Counted from the first letter of the stretch, positions 51,682 to 62,774 are shown. The stretch: 64,000 nt of DNA from a bacterium (GCA_023139105.1 JAGLOF010000089.1:1807-65806), one strand, 5' to 3'. Numbers and translations: made by a program. Notes: generated from the letters alone by a model not told the origin.

Positions 51682-52212
51682 TTATACACACGGGTCTGTC
51701 ATTGGAGTATTAACCTGGAACACAGTACGTCTATTTATCAATTCAACTATCAGTCCGATAAAAATTCCCGATATTAATGCACTCAGCAAAAACATTGGCA
51801 GCAGTCCCCAAATGGCTGAGTGACGTGTAAATATCAATCCGGCAACGGCTAATTGTACGCCGTTCTTCACAATAGCCCCTAATACACTTATACCTATTAT
51901 TGAAAAAAATCTTCCTGTAAATGATGTTAGTAGTGCCATAACAATTACGGCTGCAAAACCGCCTGCCAGAGACAGAAAAAAGACAGGCTGCATGAAACGC
52001 CCTGTTATCAGGGCTCCAATAAAGACCCTCAATAACAATACAACGACACCCTCTCGCCATCCCCACCACAATAGTGCCAGCATGCTCAATGTATTGGCCA
52101 GTCCCAGTCGGACAAAAGGAATGGGATTTGGGATAATACACTCTATGGCAAACAGTGCTGAAGCTAATGCTGTCAATACTGCCAACATTGTCATTTTTTT
52201 AATATTCATCAT
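51682..52212 (-). CDS. Gx transporter family / 'heptaprenyl diphosphate synthase component I' membrane protein
   Basis: IECIIPNPIPFVRLGLAN; paired with a NusG domain II gene. Confidence 0.88.
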   Translation of the reverse strand: MMNIKKMTMLAVLTALASALFAIECIIPNPIPFVRLGLANTLSMLALLWWGWREGVVVLLLRVFIGALITGRFMQPVFFLSLAGGFAAVIVMALLTSFTGRFFSIIGISVLGAIVKNGVQLAVAGLIFTRHSAIWGLLPMFLLSALISGIFIGLIVELINRRTVFQVNTPMTDPCV

Positions 52213-52217
52213 CGTGT

Positions 52218-52622
52218 CTACATTGTTATTGCATCAATCCCGGATTCAGAATGGCCGACTACTTCTATTACAATACGATTTGGAATACAAAAAACAGCCT
52301 CTCCGGGGTGTTCAATTCTGCCAAAGTGAATGCAATGCTTTTGTGGACAACTGGCGTGTGTAATCCACAATTCTCCATCTTTAATATTGTAATGCAATTC
52401 TCCAATACGTCCATTTATCACACCTTCAGTGTCATGTTTAAGGCTGATAAATTCTGGCATCTTACCATCAACATAGACGCATACAGTATCACCTGATGCA
52501 CCCCTTGGCCGAAATAGCCACAGACTGCCAAAAAACAGTATGGCCCATACCAAGGCTATTATGATATCACCTGGTTTTAAATATTGACGTATTTGCTTGA
52601 ATGTGTTCAATACATTTTTCAT
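52218..52622 (-). CDS. NusG domain II-containing protein
   Basis: TM, then ASCPQKHC...CIPNRIVIEV. Confidence 0.88.
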   Translation of the reverse strand: MKNVLNTFKQIRQYLKPGDIIIALVWAILFFGSLWLFRPRGASGDTVCVYVDGKMPEFISLKHDTEGVINGRIGELHYNIKDGELWITHASCPQKHCIHFGRIEHPGEAVFCIPNRIVIEVVGHSESGIDAITM

Positions 52623-52652
52623 TACTTATACCAGAAAAATCTATTTGTACAA

Positions 52653-53549
52653 TTACTCTGCAGTGACCGCAGCAAGTGCCAGAGAATTCAATTTTGTCTT
52701 TGCATCATCAGAACGTGAAAGTAAGATAATTGAGACACGTGCACCAATAATAAGTCCACCGATCTGGGCAGAAGCAAGATGCCACAGACCTTTGGCAAAA
52801 ATATTACCACTGGAGATATCGGGCATCAATAAAATATCGGGTGTCCCGGCAATTCTGCTGTCTATCCCCTTCTTTTCTGCTGCTTCGCGAGAAAAAGCCA
52901 CATCAATAGCCATGGGGCCTTCAACTTCACATGAACCGAGTTCACCGTGAAGAGCCATCTCCTCCAGTTGCCTTGCATCCTCTGTCTCCGGCATATCAGG
53001 AGTGATCTTTTCAATAGCTGCTAAAGCAGCAATCTTGGGCCGGGCCACATCAAGTTTATGCATTATCTGAACACCATTACGGATAATGTCAGCTTTCTGT
53101 TCCAGTGTAGGCCTTATTACCATTCCGCCATCGGTAATCATTACCAATTTATGGTAAACAGGTATCTCCAGTACGGCAGCATGAGATAGTAATCTTCCGG
53201 TACGTAGATTATAGTCCTTATTTAAAACCTGTTTCAACAAGGTTGGTGTGGGGATATTCCCTTTCATTAACGCATCTGCAGCACCATCGTGTACAAGACG
53301 AACGGCTCGTTGGGCAATTTCGGTCTCGTCAGTTACATTATGAATTTCAATGCCGCTTAAGTCCATATTCAGATCCTGTGCCGTAGATTCTATTTTTGCT
53401 GCATCACCAACAAGAACCGGTATGGCAATATTTTCTTTCATTGCACTTTTAAGTGCCTCCAGCACAGAGCGTCCTTCGGCACCTGCAACTGCAATTTTTC
53501 TTGACTCCTGTTGACTGGCATTATTGATAATTTGCAAATAACTTTTCAC
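52653..53549 (-). CDS. ptb: Phosphate butyryltransferase, paralog 2
   Basis: LMKG, LLSH, ITDGG, SRSD; GTG start at 53549 after GGAGG. Confidence 0.9.
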   Translation of the reverse strand: MKSYLQIINNASQQESRKIAVAGAEGRSVLEALKSAMKENIAIPVLVGDAAKIESTAQDLNMDLSGIEIHNVTDETEIAQRAVRLVHDGAADALMKGNIPTPTLLKQVLNKDYNLRTGRLLSHAAVLEIPVYHKLVMITDGGMVIRPTLEQKADIIRNGVQIMHKLDVARPKIAALAAIEKITPDMPETEDARQLEEMALHGELGSCEVEGPMAIDVAFSREAAEKKGIDSRIAGTPDILLMPDISSGNIFAKGLWHLASAQIGGLIIGARVSIILLSRSDDAKTKLNSLALAAVTAE

Positions 53550-53590
53550 TATTTCCTCCAAATAACAAAATATTGTCTTGTATAAAAAAA

Positions 53591-53617
53591 CCGCATCAAA
53601 ATATACAATCGATGCGG
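53591..53617 (-). terminator. Intrinsic terminator between the ptb paralogs
   Basis: CCGCATC...GATGCGG followed by T7 on the minus strand. Confidence 0.65.
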
Positions 53618-53643
53618 CTTAAAAAAAAGGATTTTATCAGGAA

Positions 53644-54552
53644 TTAATGATTGATAGAGAGAGCTGCAGCCATAACAATAGAATAAAATTTAGCGTCTTC
53701 ATCATCAGAACGAGAGGTTAAGATGACAGGAACTGAAGTACCCATCACAACAGCAGCCGTTATGCCTCCTGCCAGTAATGAAACACTCTTGTAAAATGTA
53801 TTGGCTGCTTCAATATTCGGAAATACAACAATATCAGCATCGCCTCCCACAGGGCTGGTGACACCCTTTATCTCACATTTACGTGGAGATAAGGCTACAT
53901 CCAGTGCCAGCGGACCATCTACAATACCTCCGGTAATCTGTTTACGCAAATTCATACCGGTTAAAATAGCAGCATCCATCGATGATGGAATTTTTGAACT
54001 GATGGTCTCTGTTGCGGAGATAATAGCCGCCTTGGGATTCTCAATTCCCAGTGCATGTGCCACCTGGAATGTGTATCCAATCATCTTGGCTTTCTGGTCA
54101 AGATCCGGAAGTGGCAGAATTGCAGCATCCGTTGCAATTAATAGCTTGGGATAGCTTTCAATCTCACAGAGAGTTACATGAGAAAGCAAGCCGCCTTTAG
54201 GCAATAATCCGGCTTCTTTGTTTAAGATAGCACGCATATAATCAGGAGTCTTTACAAGACCCTTCATCACCATCTGCGCCTTGCCATCTTTCACAAGCAT
54301 AACCGCCTTGAGTGCGGCCTTCTTTGAATCCGGTTCATTGACAATATCAAATATAGAAACATCAATATTTGCATTTTTACAGACATCTTTTATCTTATCT
54401 TCATCACCAACTAATATCGCTTTTACTACACCCTGAGTCACTGCACGGGTGATTGCGGTAATAGTATCAGGATCTTGACCTGCTGCCACGGCTACAGTTT
54501 GAGTCTCAGACCCTTTAACCATTTCAACCAGATCAGATAACTTCTTTACCAT
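53644..54552 (-). CDS. ptb: Phosphate butyryltransferase, paralog 1
   Basis: VMKG, LLSHV, DGPLALD, LTSRSD. Confidence 0.92.
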   Translation of the reverse strand: MVKKLSDLVEMVKGSETQTVAVAAGQDPDTITAITRAVTQGVVKAILVGDEDKIKDVCKNANIDVSIFDIVNEPDSKKAALKAVMLVKDGKAQMVMKGLVKTPDYMRAILNKEAGLLPKGGLLSHVTLCEIESYPKLLIATDAAILPLPDLDQKAKMIGYTFQVAHALGIENPKAAIISATETISSKIPSSMDAAILTGMNLRKQITGGIVDGPLALDVALSPRKCEIKGVTSPVGGDADIVVFPNIEAANTFYKSVSLLAGGITAAVVMGTSVPVILTSRSDDEDAKFYSIVMAAALSINH

Positions 54553-54582
54553 TGGTACTGCTCCTTGCTTATCTATATATAT

Positions 54583-55650
54583 TTAATAAACTTGTGCTTT
54601 TTCCTGGCCTGAGAGGACACGATATCCACCCATAGCCAGACTACGCATCTCTTCTTCACCCGGATAAACTACAACTTCAGCAATCCAGTCAACACGTTCT
54701 TTAATATATGCCATCAAATCAGGGTTATAGGCAATGCCGCCAGTAATAATTATAGCATCAACCTTACCTTTTAACACTGTTGCACATTTACCAATCTCTT
54801 TGGAGACCTGATACCCCATTGCATTCTGGATTTCGATTGATTTGGCATCACCCGCTTTGGCATTATCTTCTATGCCTCTCATATCATTGGTACCCATATA
54901 TGCCATAACGCCGCCATTACCCATAAGCATTTTTTTCATTTCTGTTTTAGTATATTTACCGGAGAAACAGAGCTCTGCCAATTGAAAGGCGGGAAGTCCA
55001 CCTGTACGTTCAGGAGAAAATGGGCCTTCACCGGAGAGGGCATCATTTACATCAATAATACGGCCTTTCATATGTGCACCAACAGAGATACCGCCGCCCA
55101 GATGTACTACAATTAAATTGAGATCAGTATATTCCTTGCCTGTCTCATCTGCATAATGCCGTGCCATTGCTCTTTGATTTAGTGCATGAAAAATAGAACG
55201 CCTCTCAATTTCAGGATGGCCTGAAATACGGGCAACCGGTTCAAGTTCGTCAACAACAACAGGATCTACTATGAAGGCAGGACAATCAAGGCTTTTCCCC
55301 AATGCAAAAGCAATCAATCCCCCGAGATTGGAGGCGTGTTCACCATATTTGGCCGTCTCCAATTCTTCAACCATTACTTCGCTTACACGGTAGGTGCCAC
55401 CGGGAATGGGTCTAAACAAACCGCCACGGCCAACAATACCGTTCAGCTCATTAATATCAAAATTCTTTTCTTTTAACACTTTCTCAATAACATCTTTTCT
55501 GAATCCATATTGATCTGTAATACTGTCAAACGGTTTCAATTCTTCAGCAGTGTGGCGAATAGTCTCTTCAAATATTTGAGTATCATTTTCATATACTGCC
55601 ACTTTTGTTGATGTCGATCCGGGATTAATCGCCAGAATTTTGGTGTTCAT
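54583..55650 (-). CDS. buk: Butyrate (branched-chain carboxylate) kinase, paralog 2
   Basis: INPGSTSTK, HASNLG, HLGGGIS, GPFSPER; ATG 55650 after GAGGAG. Confidence 0.95.
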   Translation of the reverse strand: MNTKILAINPGSTSTKVAVYENDTQIFEETIRHTAEELKPFDSITDQYGFRKDVIEKVLKEKNFDINELNGIVGRGGLFRPIPGGTYRVSEVMVEELETAKYGEHASNLGGLIAFALGKSLDCPAFIVDPVVVDELEPVARISGHPEIERRSIFHALNQRAMARHYADETGKEYTDLNLIVVHLGGGISVGAHMKGRIIDVNDALSGEGPFSPERTGGLPAFQLAELCFSGKYTKTEMKKMLMGNGGVMAYMGTNDMRGIEDNAKAGDAKSIEIQNAMGYQVSKEIGKCATVLKGKVDAIIITGGIAYNPDLMAYIKERVDWIAEVVVYPGEEEMRSLAMGGYRVLSGQEKAQVY

Positions 55651-55667
55651 GAAAATCACTCCTCGAT

Positions 55668-56732
55668 CTATTTATAAGTTTTGGGCTCCTCTTCGCCCTT
55701 GAGCACTCTCAGTGCGCCCAGAGCAAGAGCCTCTAGTTCGTTTTCTCCCGGATAATAAAAAATTGGTGCCAGAAATGAAATTCTCTCAGACACCCACCCC
55801 ATAAGCATGTCATTATGAGCCATTCCACCTGTCAGTACAATAGCATCAATATTGCCCTTTAGCACTGTGCCCATCGCTCCAATCTCTTTTGCAATTTGAT
55901 ATGCAAGTGCTTCAAAAACTTCTTTTGCTTTTTTATCTCCGGCTTCAATCATCTCTCTAACTTTCCGGCCATCATTAACTCCCAAATATGCAACAAGGCC
56001 GCCGTTTCCAACTACTTTTTTCTTCAATTCAGCCAATGTATATCTACCTGAAAAACAAAGTTTCATCAAACCTGTTACAGGAAGACTGCCGGCACGTTCC
56101 GGACTGAAAGGACCACTGTCATTGGCATTATTTACATCAACAATACGTCCTTTCTCAAGCGGACAAATTGATATTCCGCCTCCCAGATGAGCTACAACCA
56201 TATTTAATTCATCCAATGGCTTACCAATTTTATCTGCAGCTTTACGCGCTGTGGCCTTTACATTCAATGCATGTACTAAACTTCGACGCGGCAACTCAGG
56301 TAGTCCGGAATAGTGTGCAAGAGGTCCGAACTCATCAACAGATACCGGATCTACAAAATATGCTGGCGCATCTGCTTTCAGCGCAAAATCACTGGCAAGT
56401 AAAGACCCGATATTTGATATATGTTCTGCCTGTACACGGCCTTCGACAATATCACTAATTATTACATCATTAACAATATATGTCCCGCCTGTTAATGCTT
56501 TAAAGGGCCCGCCACGACCTACAACAGCATCCAGAGAACTGACTGAAGTATTTCGCTGGATTAAAATTTTCTCAATATCCCTGCGGCGCAGCTCAAGCTG
56601 ATCTAAAACAGTATCAAAGCCTTCCAACTCCTCACGTGAATAATCTATAGAATCATTCCATTGCATCTGATCATTATTATATAAAGCAACTTTTGTTGAT
56701 GTTGAACCGGGATTAATTGCTAAAATCTTCAT
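55668..56732 (-). CDS. buk: Butyrate kinase, paralog 1
   Basis: INPGSTSTK, HALN, HLGGGIS, PGENE. Confidence 0.94.
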   Translation of the reverse strand: MKILAINPGSTSTKVALYNNDQMQWNDSIDYSREELEGFDTVLDQLELRRRDIEKILIQRNTSVSSLDAVVGRGGPFKALTGGTYIVNDVIISDIVEGRVQAEHISNIGSLLASDFALKADAPAYFVDPVSVDEFGPLAHYSGLPELPRRSLVHALNVKATARKAADKIGKPLDELNMVVAHLGGGISICPLEKGRIVDVNNANDSGPFSPERAGSLPVTGLMKLCFSGRYTLAELKKKVVGNGGLVAYLGVNDGRKVREMIEAGDKKAKEVFEALAYQIAKEIGAMGTVLKGNIDAIVLTGGMAHNDMLMGWVSERISFLAPIFYYPGENELEALALGALRVLKGEEEPKTYK

Positions 56733-56776
56733 TTATACCCTCATCCACTCCTACTATATAATCCGTATACTAACAA

Positions 56777-56803
56777 AAAGGAGGCAGATAATCTGCCCCC
56801 TTT
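56777..56803 (-). terminator. Intrinsic terminator after iorB
   Basis: GGGGGCAGAT-T-ATCTGCCTCC-TTTTT on the minus strand. Confidence 0.75.
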
Positions 56804-56813
56804 AAATTTACTA

Positions 56814-57392
56814 TTACCTATATGCTCTTCCAGCAAGAAAAGCTTTGACATTCAGCTCTTCCGTTCCCTTTGGAACACGTTCTCTGATTACCCTGGTCCA
56901 GATATCTTCGGAAATTTCAAGTGATGTTGATAATACACCCAATAGAATTGTATTAACAAGACGGGGATTACCAAGATCCTTTGCAATCTGAACTGCATCA
57001 ATCAAGGTTACATTTTTAGTTCTTTTACGAACGACGGCTATGGGATCTTCCGGATAATTAAAACCTTTCATTGAAGCAATGGGCGGCACTAATTTGTATT
57101 TATTAATGGCAATTGTACCATTATCTTTTAAATAATGAATCCAGCGCTGAGCCTCAGCCTGTTCAAAAGCCAGAATCACATCTGCTTCCCCGTCAGGTAT
57201 GAGTGGAGAAAAGACATTATCTCCAAAACGAACATGACTGGATACCACGCCACCACGTTGAGCCATACCATGTACTTCACTCTTTTTTACATCATATCCG
57301 GCTTCCATTGTAACTGTACTCAAAAGTTCAGTTGCCAACAGCACACCCTGGCCGCCGACACCGACAATTAATACATTTTTAGTTTCATTCAT
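56814..57392 (-). CDS. iorB: Indolepyruvate:ferredoxin oxidoreductase beta subunit
   Basis: GVGGQG, SEVHGMAQRGG. Confidence 0.95.
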   Translation of the reverse strand: MNETKNVLIVGVGGQGVLLATELLSTVTMEAGYDVKKSEVHGMAQRGGVVSSHVRFGDNVFSPLIPDGEADVILAFEQAEAQRWIHYLKDNGTIAINKYKLVPPIASMKGFNYPEDPIAVVRKRTKNVTLIDAVQIAKDLGNPRLVNTILLGVLSTSLEISEDIWTRVIRERVPKGTEELNVKAFLAGRAYR

Positions 57393-57404
57393 TGGTATCG
57401 TCTC

Positions 57405-59180
57405 CTATTTGATGCGCTCAATTGCGTTCACGGGGCAGACCTGGGCACAGACAGAACATCCTGTACATAGAGCGGAATCTATTTGTGATTTAGTCAGGCC
57501 TTTGGCGGTTTTTTGATCCGATTCACTGATAGCGGGACAACTTACCTTGAAACAGGCATGGCATCCGATACATTTGTCATGATCAACAGCGAATGGTGTT
57601 TCTTGTACTAATTTACGATTTTCCGCCGGATAAAGTGCACAGGGACGATTGGTAATAATTACTGAAAGTTCATCTGATTCCATTGCCTCTTTCAGTGTAG
57701 ATCTTGTCTGTTCCAGATTATATGGGTCAATAACCTTAATATTGTCGGCACCAACTGCCTGACATATCTTGGCCAGATTTACTTTATAACCTTGGGCACC
57801 TGTAAGTGTTTCGCCTGAACCGGGATGTTGCTGGCCGCCTGTCATAGCTGTAATACTATTATCTGCAATTACCACAGTAATACCGGCTTTGTCATTAACG
57901 GCATTCAGCAAACCTGTAATACCGGAATGCAGGAATGTTGAGTCACCAATTGTTGCAACAATACCTTTACCGCTTTTACGAGCCTTGGCCATACCAACGC
58001 CGACACCGATAGAAGCACCCATCTCAACACATGTATCGCCTGCACCCAGAGGTTCCAGACAACCCAGTGTGTAACAACCTATATCAGTAGTAACAACAGC
58101 CTTATTCTTACGAAGTGAGTGATATAATCCACGATGCGGGCACCCCGGACAGAAAATTGGTGGCCGCGGAATTACAGACTCTTTTTCTTTAGGATTATAA
58201 GGAGATTTAAATACACCCGCTTTTTCAAGACCTGCCGCTACTATCTCAGGAGTAAGTTCACCCAGGTTGGACCAGAATTTCATGCCCTCACATTCAATTC
58301 CCTCAATTTTAAGGAGATTTTCGATGAAGGGTTCCAGTTCCTCAATGACGAATAATTTATCAACTGATTTTGCAAAATCTTTTATCATGTTTATTGGCAA
58401 GGGATAAGTCATTCCCAATTTTAATACAGAAGCATCGGGCATAACTTCTTTAACAAAATTATATGTTGCACCATGCGTAATAATACCAATACCGTTACTG
58501 CCTTTTTCAATTCGATTTAAAGGCGTTGTCTCGGCCCACTCTTTAATCCTGGCAATTCGAGCCATAACTTTCGGATGCATCTCTCTTCCATGAGAGGGTA
58601 GAACAACAAATTTCTTGGGATTAGGTTTAAATCCGGTGATCGGATATTGAGTACGCTCACCAAGCTCAACAATAGATTTTCCATGGCATACACGAGTTGT
58701 CAATCTATACATTACCGGCGTATCAAATTCGATAGAGAGATCAAGACCAAGTCCAACAAAATCTTTAGCCTCTTGGCTGTCTGACGGTTCGATACAGGGG
58801 TACTCGGCAAATTTAGCATAGTATCTGTTATCCTGCTCATTCTGTGAAGAATGCATGCCGGGATCATCTGCAGTTACAACTAAAAAACCACCGGGTGCGC
58901 CAATAAATGACATTGACATGAATGCATCGGCGGCCACATTGAGGCCTACATGTTTCATGGCTACCAATGTACGTGCACCTTCAAATGTAGCACCCATGGC
59001 TACTTCAAAAGCTACTTTTTCGTTGGGAGACCATTCACTGTATATCTCAGGATATTTGGAGACATTCTCAAGTATTTCTGTACTCGGTGTCCCCGGATAG
59101 GCTGTTGCTATATGCAGACCATGTTCATAACAACCACGGGCAACAGCTTCATTACCGGAAAAAATCATTTTTTTCTTCAT
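57405..59180 (-). CDS. iorA: Indolepyruvate:ferredoxin oxidoreductase alpha subunit
   Basis: YPGTPSTE, HSSQNEQD, CPGCPH, GDSTF, C-terminal two 4Fe-4S motifs. Confidence 0.96.
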   Translation of the reverse strand: MKKKMIFSGNEAVARGCYEHGLHIATAYPGTPSTEILENVSKYPEIYSEWSPNEKVAFEVAMGATFEGARTLVAMKHVGLNVAADAFMSMSFIGAPGGFLVVTADDPGMHSSQNEQDNRYYAKFAEYPCIEPSDSQEAKDFVGLGLDLSIEFDTPVMYRLTTRVCHGKSIVELGERTQYPITGFKPNPKKFVVLPSHGREMHPKVMARIARIKEWAETTPLNRIEKGSNGIGIITHGATYNFVKEVMPDASVLKLGMTYPLPINMIKDFAKSVDKLFVIEELEPFIENLLKIEGIECEGMKFWSNLGELTPEIVAAGLEKAGVFKSPYNPKEKESVIPRPPIFCPGCPHRGLYHSLRKNKAVVTTDIGCYTLGCLEPLGAGDTCVEMGASIGVGVGMAKARKSGKGIVATIGDSTFLHSGITGLLNAVNDKAGITVVIADNSITAMTGGQQHPGSGETLTGAQGYKVNLAKICQAVGADNIKVIDPYNLEQTRSTLKEAMESDELSVIITNRPCALYPAENRKLVQETPFAVDHDKCIGCHACFKVSCPAISESDQKTAKGLTKSQIDSALCTGCSVCAQVCPVNAIERIK

Positions 59181-59193
59181 ATATTCTCCATCA

Positions 59194-60282
59194 CTAGTTA
59201 CCTGAAAGACGTTTTAACGCTTTTTTGGCGACTTTATTGTCTTTGTTAATCGATAATGCCAGTTGAAATGCCTGTCTGGCTTCATCGACGCGTTTCGATT
59301 GCTCAAGAATCTGGCCCCTGCGAACTTGAGACCATGTGCGATATGTAGTATTCAGATCATCAATACGATACAATTTGTCCAGTGCGCAAAGACCATCTTC
59401 CCCATATTCAGAAGATATCGCCGCCACCTTACCGATTTGGTAGAGTGCTGTCACATTATCCGGCTCATAGTTCAAAGCAGTTTTAAATGCGACTATAGAA
59501 TCGTCATATTTTTCCTGAATGATTGTCAAATGACCCATTTGAATCCATGCATCTACAATTGTTGAGTCAATTGCAAGCATATCTCTCAGAATCATTGTAG
59601 CATCATTATGACGATCTTGTCCGGACAACCAGTTCTGATACCAAAAATAATGCTGTATCGAATCAGGCATCTCGGAAATAGAAATTCTATATTCATTTTC
59701 AGCATCTTCGTGACACTGATCCTTCATATAACACATTGCCAAAACATGATGTCCACGCATGCGATTTCGTTCCATGATGGCCTGAGCCTGTTGATAGGCC
59801 TCAGCTTTATCTCCTCCCATTATCCCAGGTGCGAACAGATGAAACTGCATTAACACCTGCCGGGCGGCGATATGGTCGGGATTCAACTGAATGGCCCTTT
59901 CCACAGCAGCCTTCATCTTTTTGGCGTATCCCGCTTTCTTAAGCAATCCGGCTTGTTGAGCACGCAGACCATAGGCAAGAGCAGCCGTATATTGATATTC
60001 GGCATTGTCTTCATCATTTGCCACCAACTTTTCAACAATTTTAACGGCATCTTTATCCTCTTCCAAATTAATATAGCAAAGAGTCAGATACCGTAATGCC
60101 TCAACATCTGTTGGATGGGAGTCGATGTGATTTTTTAATTCAGCTGCGGCTTCTCTGTATTTACCGGTCTCGTAGAGACTGATTCCGGAACGACTATTTG
60201 AATCGTCAACATCTCCGGAAAGGGGGTAAATCATAACAAAAAAGAAGACTACCAGCGTTAATTTGTTCATCAACCTGAACAT
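59194..60282 (-). CDS. Exported tetratricopeptide repeat protein
   Basis: Signal peptide; TPR-like helices; APGIMGGD motif. Confidence 0.85.
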   Translation of the reverse strand: MFRLMNKLTLVVFFFVMIYPLSGDVDDSNSRSGISLYETGKYREAAAELKNHIDSHPTDVEALRYLTLCYINLEEDKDAVKIVEKLVANDEDNAEYQYTAALAYGLRAQQAGLLKKAGYAKKMKAAVERAIQLNPDHIAARQVLMQFHLFAPGIMGGDKAEAYQQAQAIMERNRMRGHHVLAMCYMKDQCHEDAENEYRISISEMPDSIQHYFWYQNWLSGQDRHNDATMILRDMLAIDSTIVDAWIQMGHLTIIQEKYDDSIVAFKTALNYEPDNVTALYQIGKVAAISSEYGEDGLCALDKLYRIDDLNTTYRTWSQVRRGQILEQSKRVDEARQAFQLALSINKDNKVAKKALKRLSGN

Positions 60283-60333
60283 TGGGCGTGCCTCAATTTA
60301 TTAACAAGACAGTGATGATTTATAACCACGAAG

Positions 60334-60363
60334 GACACGGAGCGTAAATTCTGGCTCCGTGTC
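60334..60363. terminator. Hairpin after porB (terminator or REP-like remnant)
   Basis: GACACGGAGC...GCTCCGTGTC, perfect 10-bp stem. Confidence 0.5.
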
Positions 60364-60400
60364 ACTAAGTAGATATTCTATTTATGTTAGTTGATTCTTC

Positions 60401-61312
60401 TTAAGCACTTTCGCCAAAAGCGGCTTCAAGCTTTTCCAGCCGTTTATAGCTTTTGTTTACCATGCTCTGAATATACTCCAGCTCATCTTCAGGCAGGTGA
60501 CGGAAACGTCCCTGAGCACGTAGATATTCGGCGACCGGTTTTACATTCTTAATTTTCTTGTTGATTTTGTACACACCGTTCTCAACTTCATAAATCGGGA
60601 AGGTGTTGGTTTCAGTGGCCAGTCTTGCAATTTTTACCGTTTTATCCGGTCCATGCTTCCAACCTGTAGGACATGGTGCAAAAAGATGAATAAATTTTGC
60701 ACCTTTTATAGACTTGGCCTTCTGCAGTTTTTTGATAAAATCTTCAGGATAAGCAATATTAGCCGTTGCACAATATGGAATGTGATGCGCTACAATAATT
60801 TCCATAATGTTCTTCTTCTGACCCTTACGGTAATGTTTAACAGGTGTAGTTGTTGTCCATGCACCGTGTGGTGTAGAAGATGAACGCTGAATACCCGTAT
60901 TCATATAGGCTTCATTATCATATACTACATATATCATATTTTCATTGCGCTCTACGGCACCGGAGAGTGCCTGCAAACCAATATCAAAAGTACCACCGTC
61001 ACCGGCCCATGCCAGTGTAGTTATATCATCCTTACCCAAGCTCTTCAATGCATTGGTAATGCCACTTGCTGTAGCAGCGGCAGCCTCAAATGCCGACTGC
61101 TGAAGCGGCACGCCAACAGCACTATATGGGAAAGGACCGTCAATAACCGCCCAGCAGCATGCGGGAACGGATAAAATTGTTTTCCTGCCCAATGCTTTCA
61201 GGGCATATCTCATCGCCATAGACGCACCGCATCCCTGGCAGGCTAAATGCCCGGGTGACATCACTTCATTCTCAGGCAGCGTCAAGCGGACTTTTTTAGT
61301 CTCTGCACTCAT
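60401..61312 (-). CDS. porB: Pyruvate/2-ketoisovalerate:ferredoxin oxidoreductase beta subunit
   Basis: GHLACQGCG, GDGGTFDIG, DNEAYMNTG, PCPTGW. Confidence 0.93.
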   Translation of the reverse strand: MSAETKKVRLTLPENEVMSPGHLACQGCGASMAMRYALKALGRKTILSVPACCWAVIDGPFPYSAVGVPLQQSAFEAAAATASGITNALKSLGKDDITTLAWAGDGGTFDIGLQALSGAVERNENMIYVVYDNEAYMNTGIQRSSSTPHGAWTTTTPVKHYRKGQKKNIMEIIVAHHIPYCATANIAYPEDFIKKLQKAKSIKGAKFIHLFAPCPTGWKHGPDKTVKIARLATETNTFPIYEVENGVYKINKKIKNVKPVAEYLRAQGRFRHLPEDELEYIQSMVNKSYKRLEKLEAAFGESA

Positions 61313-62457
61313 TCTTTAACTCCTATCCAAATGAGATTTGATGGATCTTCCGCCTGCATTTTATCAACCATAGACTCAATATCTTTGATAGATACATCAC
61401 GCCCGCCTAAACCTGCAATAAAACCATAAAGGGGAACTGTTTCACCATACATGGCAGCCTTGGTTTCAGTAAAGAATGCACCCTCGTGACCAAAGGAGAT
61501 CATCCTGTCAATCACGCCTACTTTAATGGCGTTCTTAAGAATGGAGCGAACTTCTTCAGATGGAAATGGACGGAAATATCTTATTTTCAATGCACCGGCT
61601 TTTATACCTTTGTCACGCATGCGATCAACTGCATCCATGGTAGTTCCTGCGATAGTACCATAGGTTACTAATAGATATTCTGCATCATCACAGCGATATG
61701 ATTCTGTCATGCCGTATTCACGACCAAACTCTTTGGCAAACTGAGCATGCACTTCAGGAATAATCTGTTTAGCAGCTTCATGCGCCTTATGCATCTTATA
61801 TGAGAACTCATAATAATGATCAGGCGAGGTCAATGATCCGAAAGAACGAGGATTATCAATATCCAGCTTGTATTCCGGTGCATAAGTCGGCAAAAACGCA
61901 TCAACTCGATCCTGGTCAATCATGTCTACAACCTGAGATGTATGAGAAAGAAAAAATGCATCCAGGTTGACCAGTGTCGGAAGTAAAATATCTGCATGTT
62001 CGCTGATTTTATATGCCATCAAGGTTGTGTCATATACTTCCTGGTTATTCTCACAGTATACCTGCATCCAACCGGTATCGCGCTGAGAGACAGAATCTGT
62101 TGCATCGGCCCATATTGACCATCCGGGGCCCAGAGCACGGTTTACATTGGTCATAACAATAGGCAGCCTTGCACGGGCTGTCCAGTGAATCAACTCATGC
62201 ATCAACGCAAGACCTTGAGAAGATGTAGCCGTATAAGTACGTGCACCTGCAGATTGAGCACCAATACAAGCTGCTAATGCTGAATGTTCGGATTCAACTT
62301 TAATGAATTCCGCATTAAGTTCACCGTTTGCCACTATTTCAGAGAGAATCTCTACAATAGTAGTCTGCGGTGTAATGGGATAAGCTGCAACCACGTTGAC
62401 CTTTGCGGCCGTGGCACCATAGGCAGCAGCGTAATTACCTGTTAAAACTCTCTTCAT
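61309..62457 (-). CDS. porA: Pyruvate/2-ketoisovalerate:ferredoxin oxidoreductase alpha subunit
   Basis: YPITPQT, ESEHSA, TSSQGL, FRPFP. Confidence 0.93.
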   Translation of the reverse strand: MKRVLTGNYAAAYGATAAKVNVVAAYPITPQTTIVEILSEIVANGELNAEFIKVESEHSALAACIGAQSAGARTYTATSSQGLALMHELIHWTARARLPIVMTNVNRALGPGWSIWADATDSVSQRDTGWMQVYCENNQEVYDTTLMAYKISEHADILLPTLVNLDAFFLSHTSQVVDMIDQDRVDAFLPTYAPEYKLDIDNPRSFGSLTSPDHYYEFSYKMHKAHEAAKQIIPEVHAQFAKEFGREYGMTESYRCDDAEYLLVTYGTIAGTTMDAVDRMRDKGIKAGALKIRYFRPFPSEEVRSILKNAIKVGVIDRMISFGHEGAFFTETKAAMYGETVPLYGFIAGLGGRDVSIKDIESMVDKMQAEDPSNLIWIGVKE

Positions 62458-62466
62458 GCCGCCCCC

Positions 62467-62769
62467 CTACTTACCTTCTTTTTCACTTGTGATAGCGTCA
62501 AATGGACACTCTTCTATGCAAATGCCACAACCCTTGCAATAATCATAATTTATCGTGGGTGGACTTGTTGGAAATATGGCCGGTTCCGGACAGAATTTCC
62601 AGCAGATCATACAGCTTTTACATTTTTCTTCATGAATAATAGGGCGAATAGAACGCCATGATGCCGTTTTATTGACACTCATACTACCCTGTGAGGCAGA
62701 CATTGGCGGCATATCTGAAGCACCTTCAAACACGATGGGTTTTTGATCATCTTTTTTAGTCATATGCAT
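62467..62769 (-). CDS. porD: 2-oxoacid:ferredoxin oxidoreductase delta (ferredoxin) subunit
   Basis: WRSIRP, CKSCMICWKFCP, YCKGCGICIEECP. Confidence 0.92.
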   Translation of the reverse strand: MHMTKKDDQKPIVFEGASDMPPMSASQGSMSVNKTASWRSIRPIIHEEKCKSCMICWKFCPEPAIFPTSPPTINYDYCKGCGICIEECPFDAITSEKEGK

Positions 62770-62774
62770 CCCCC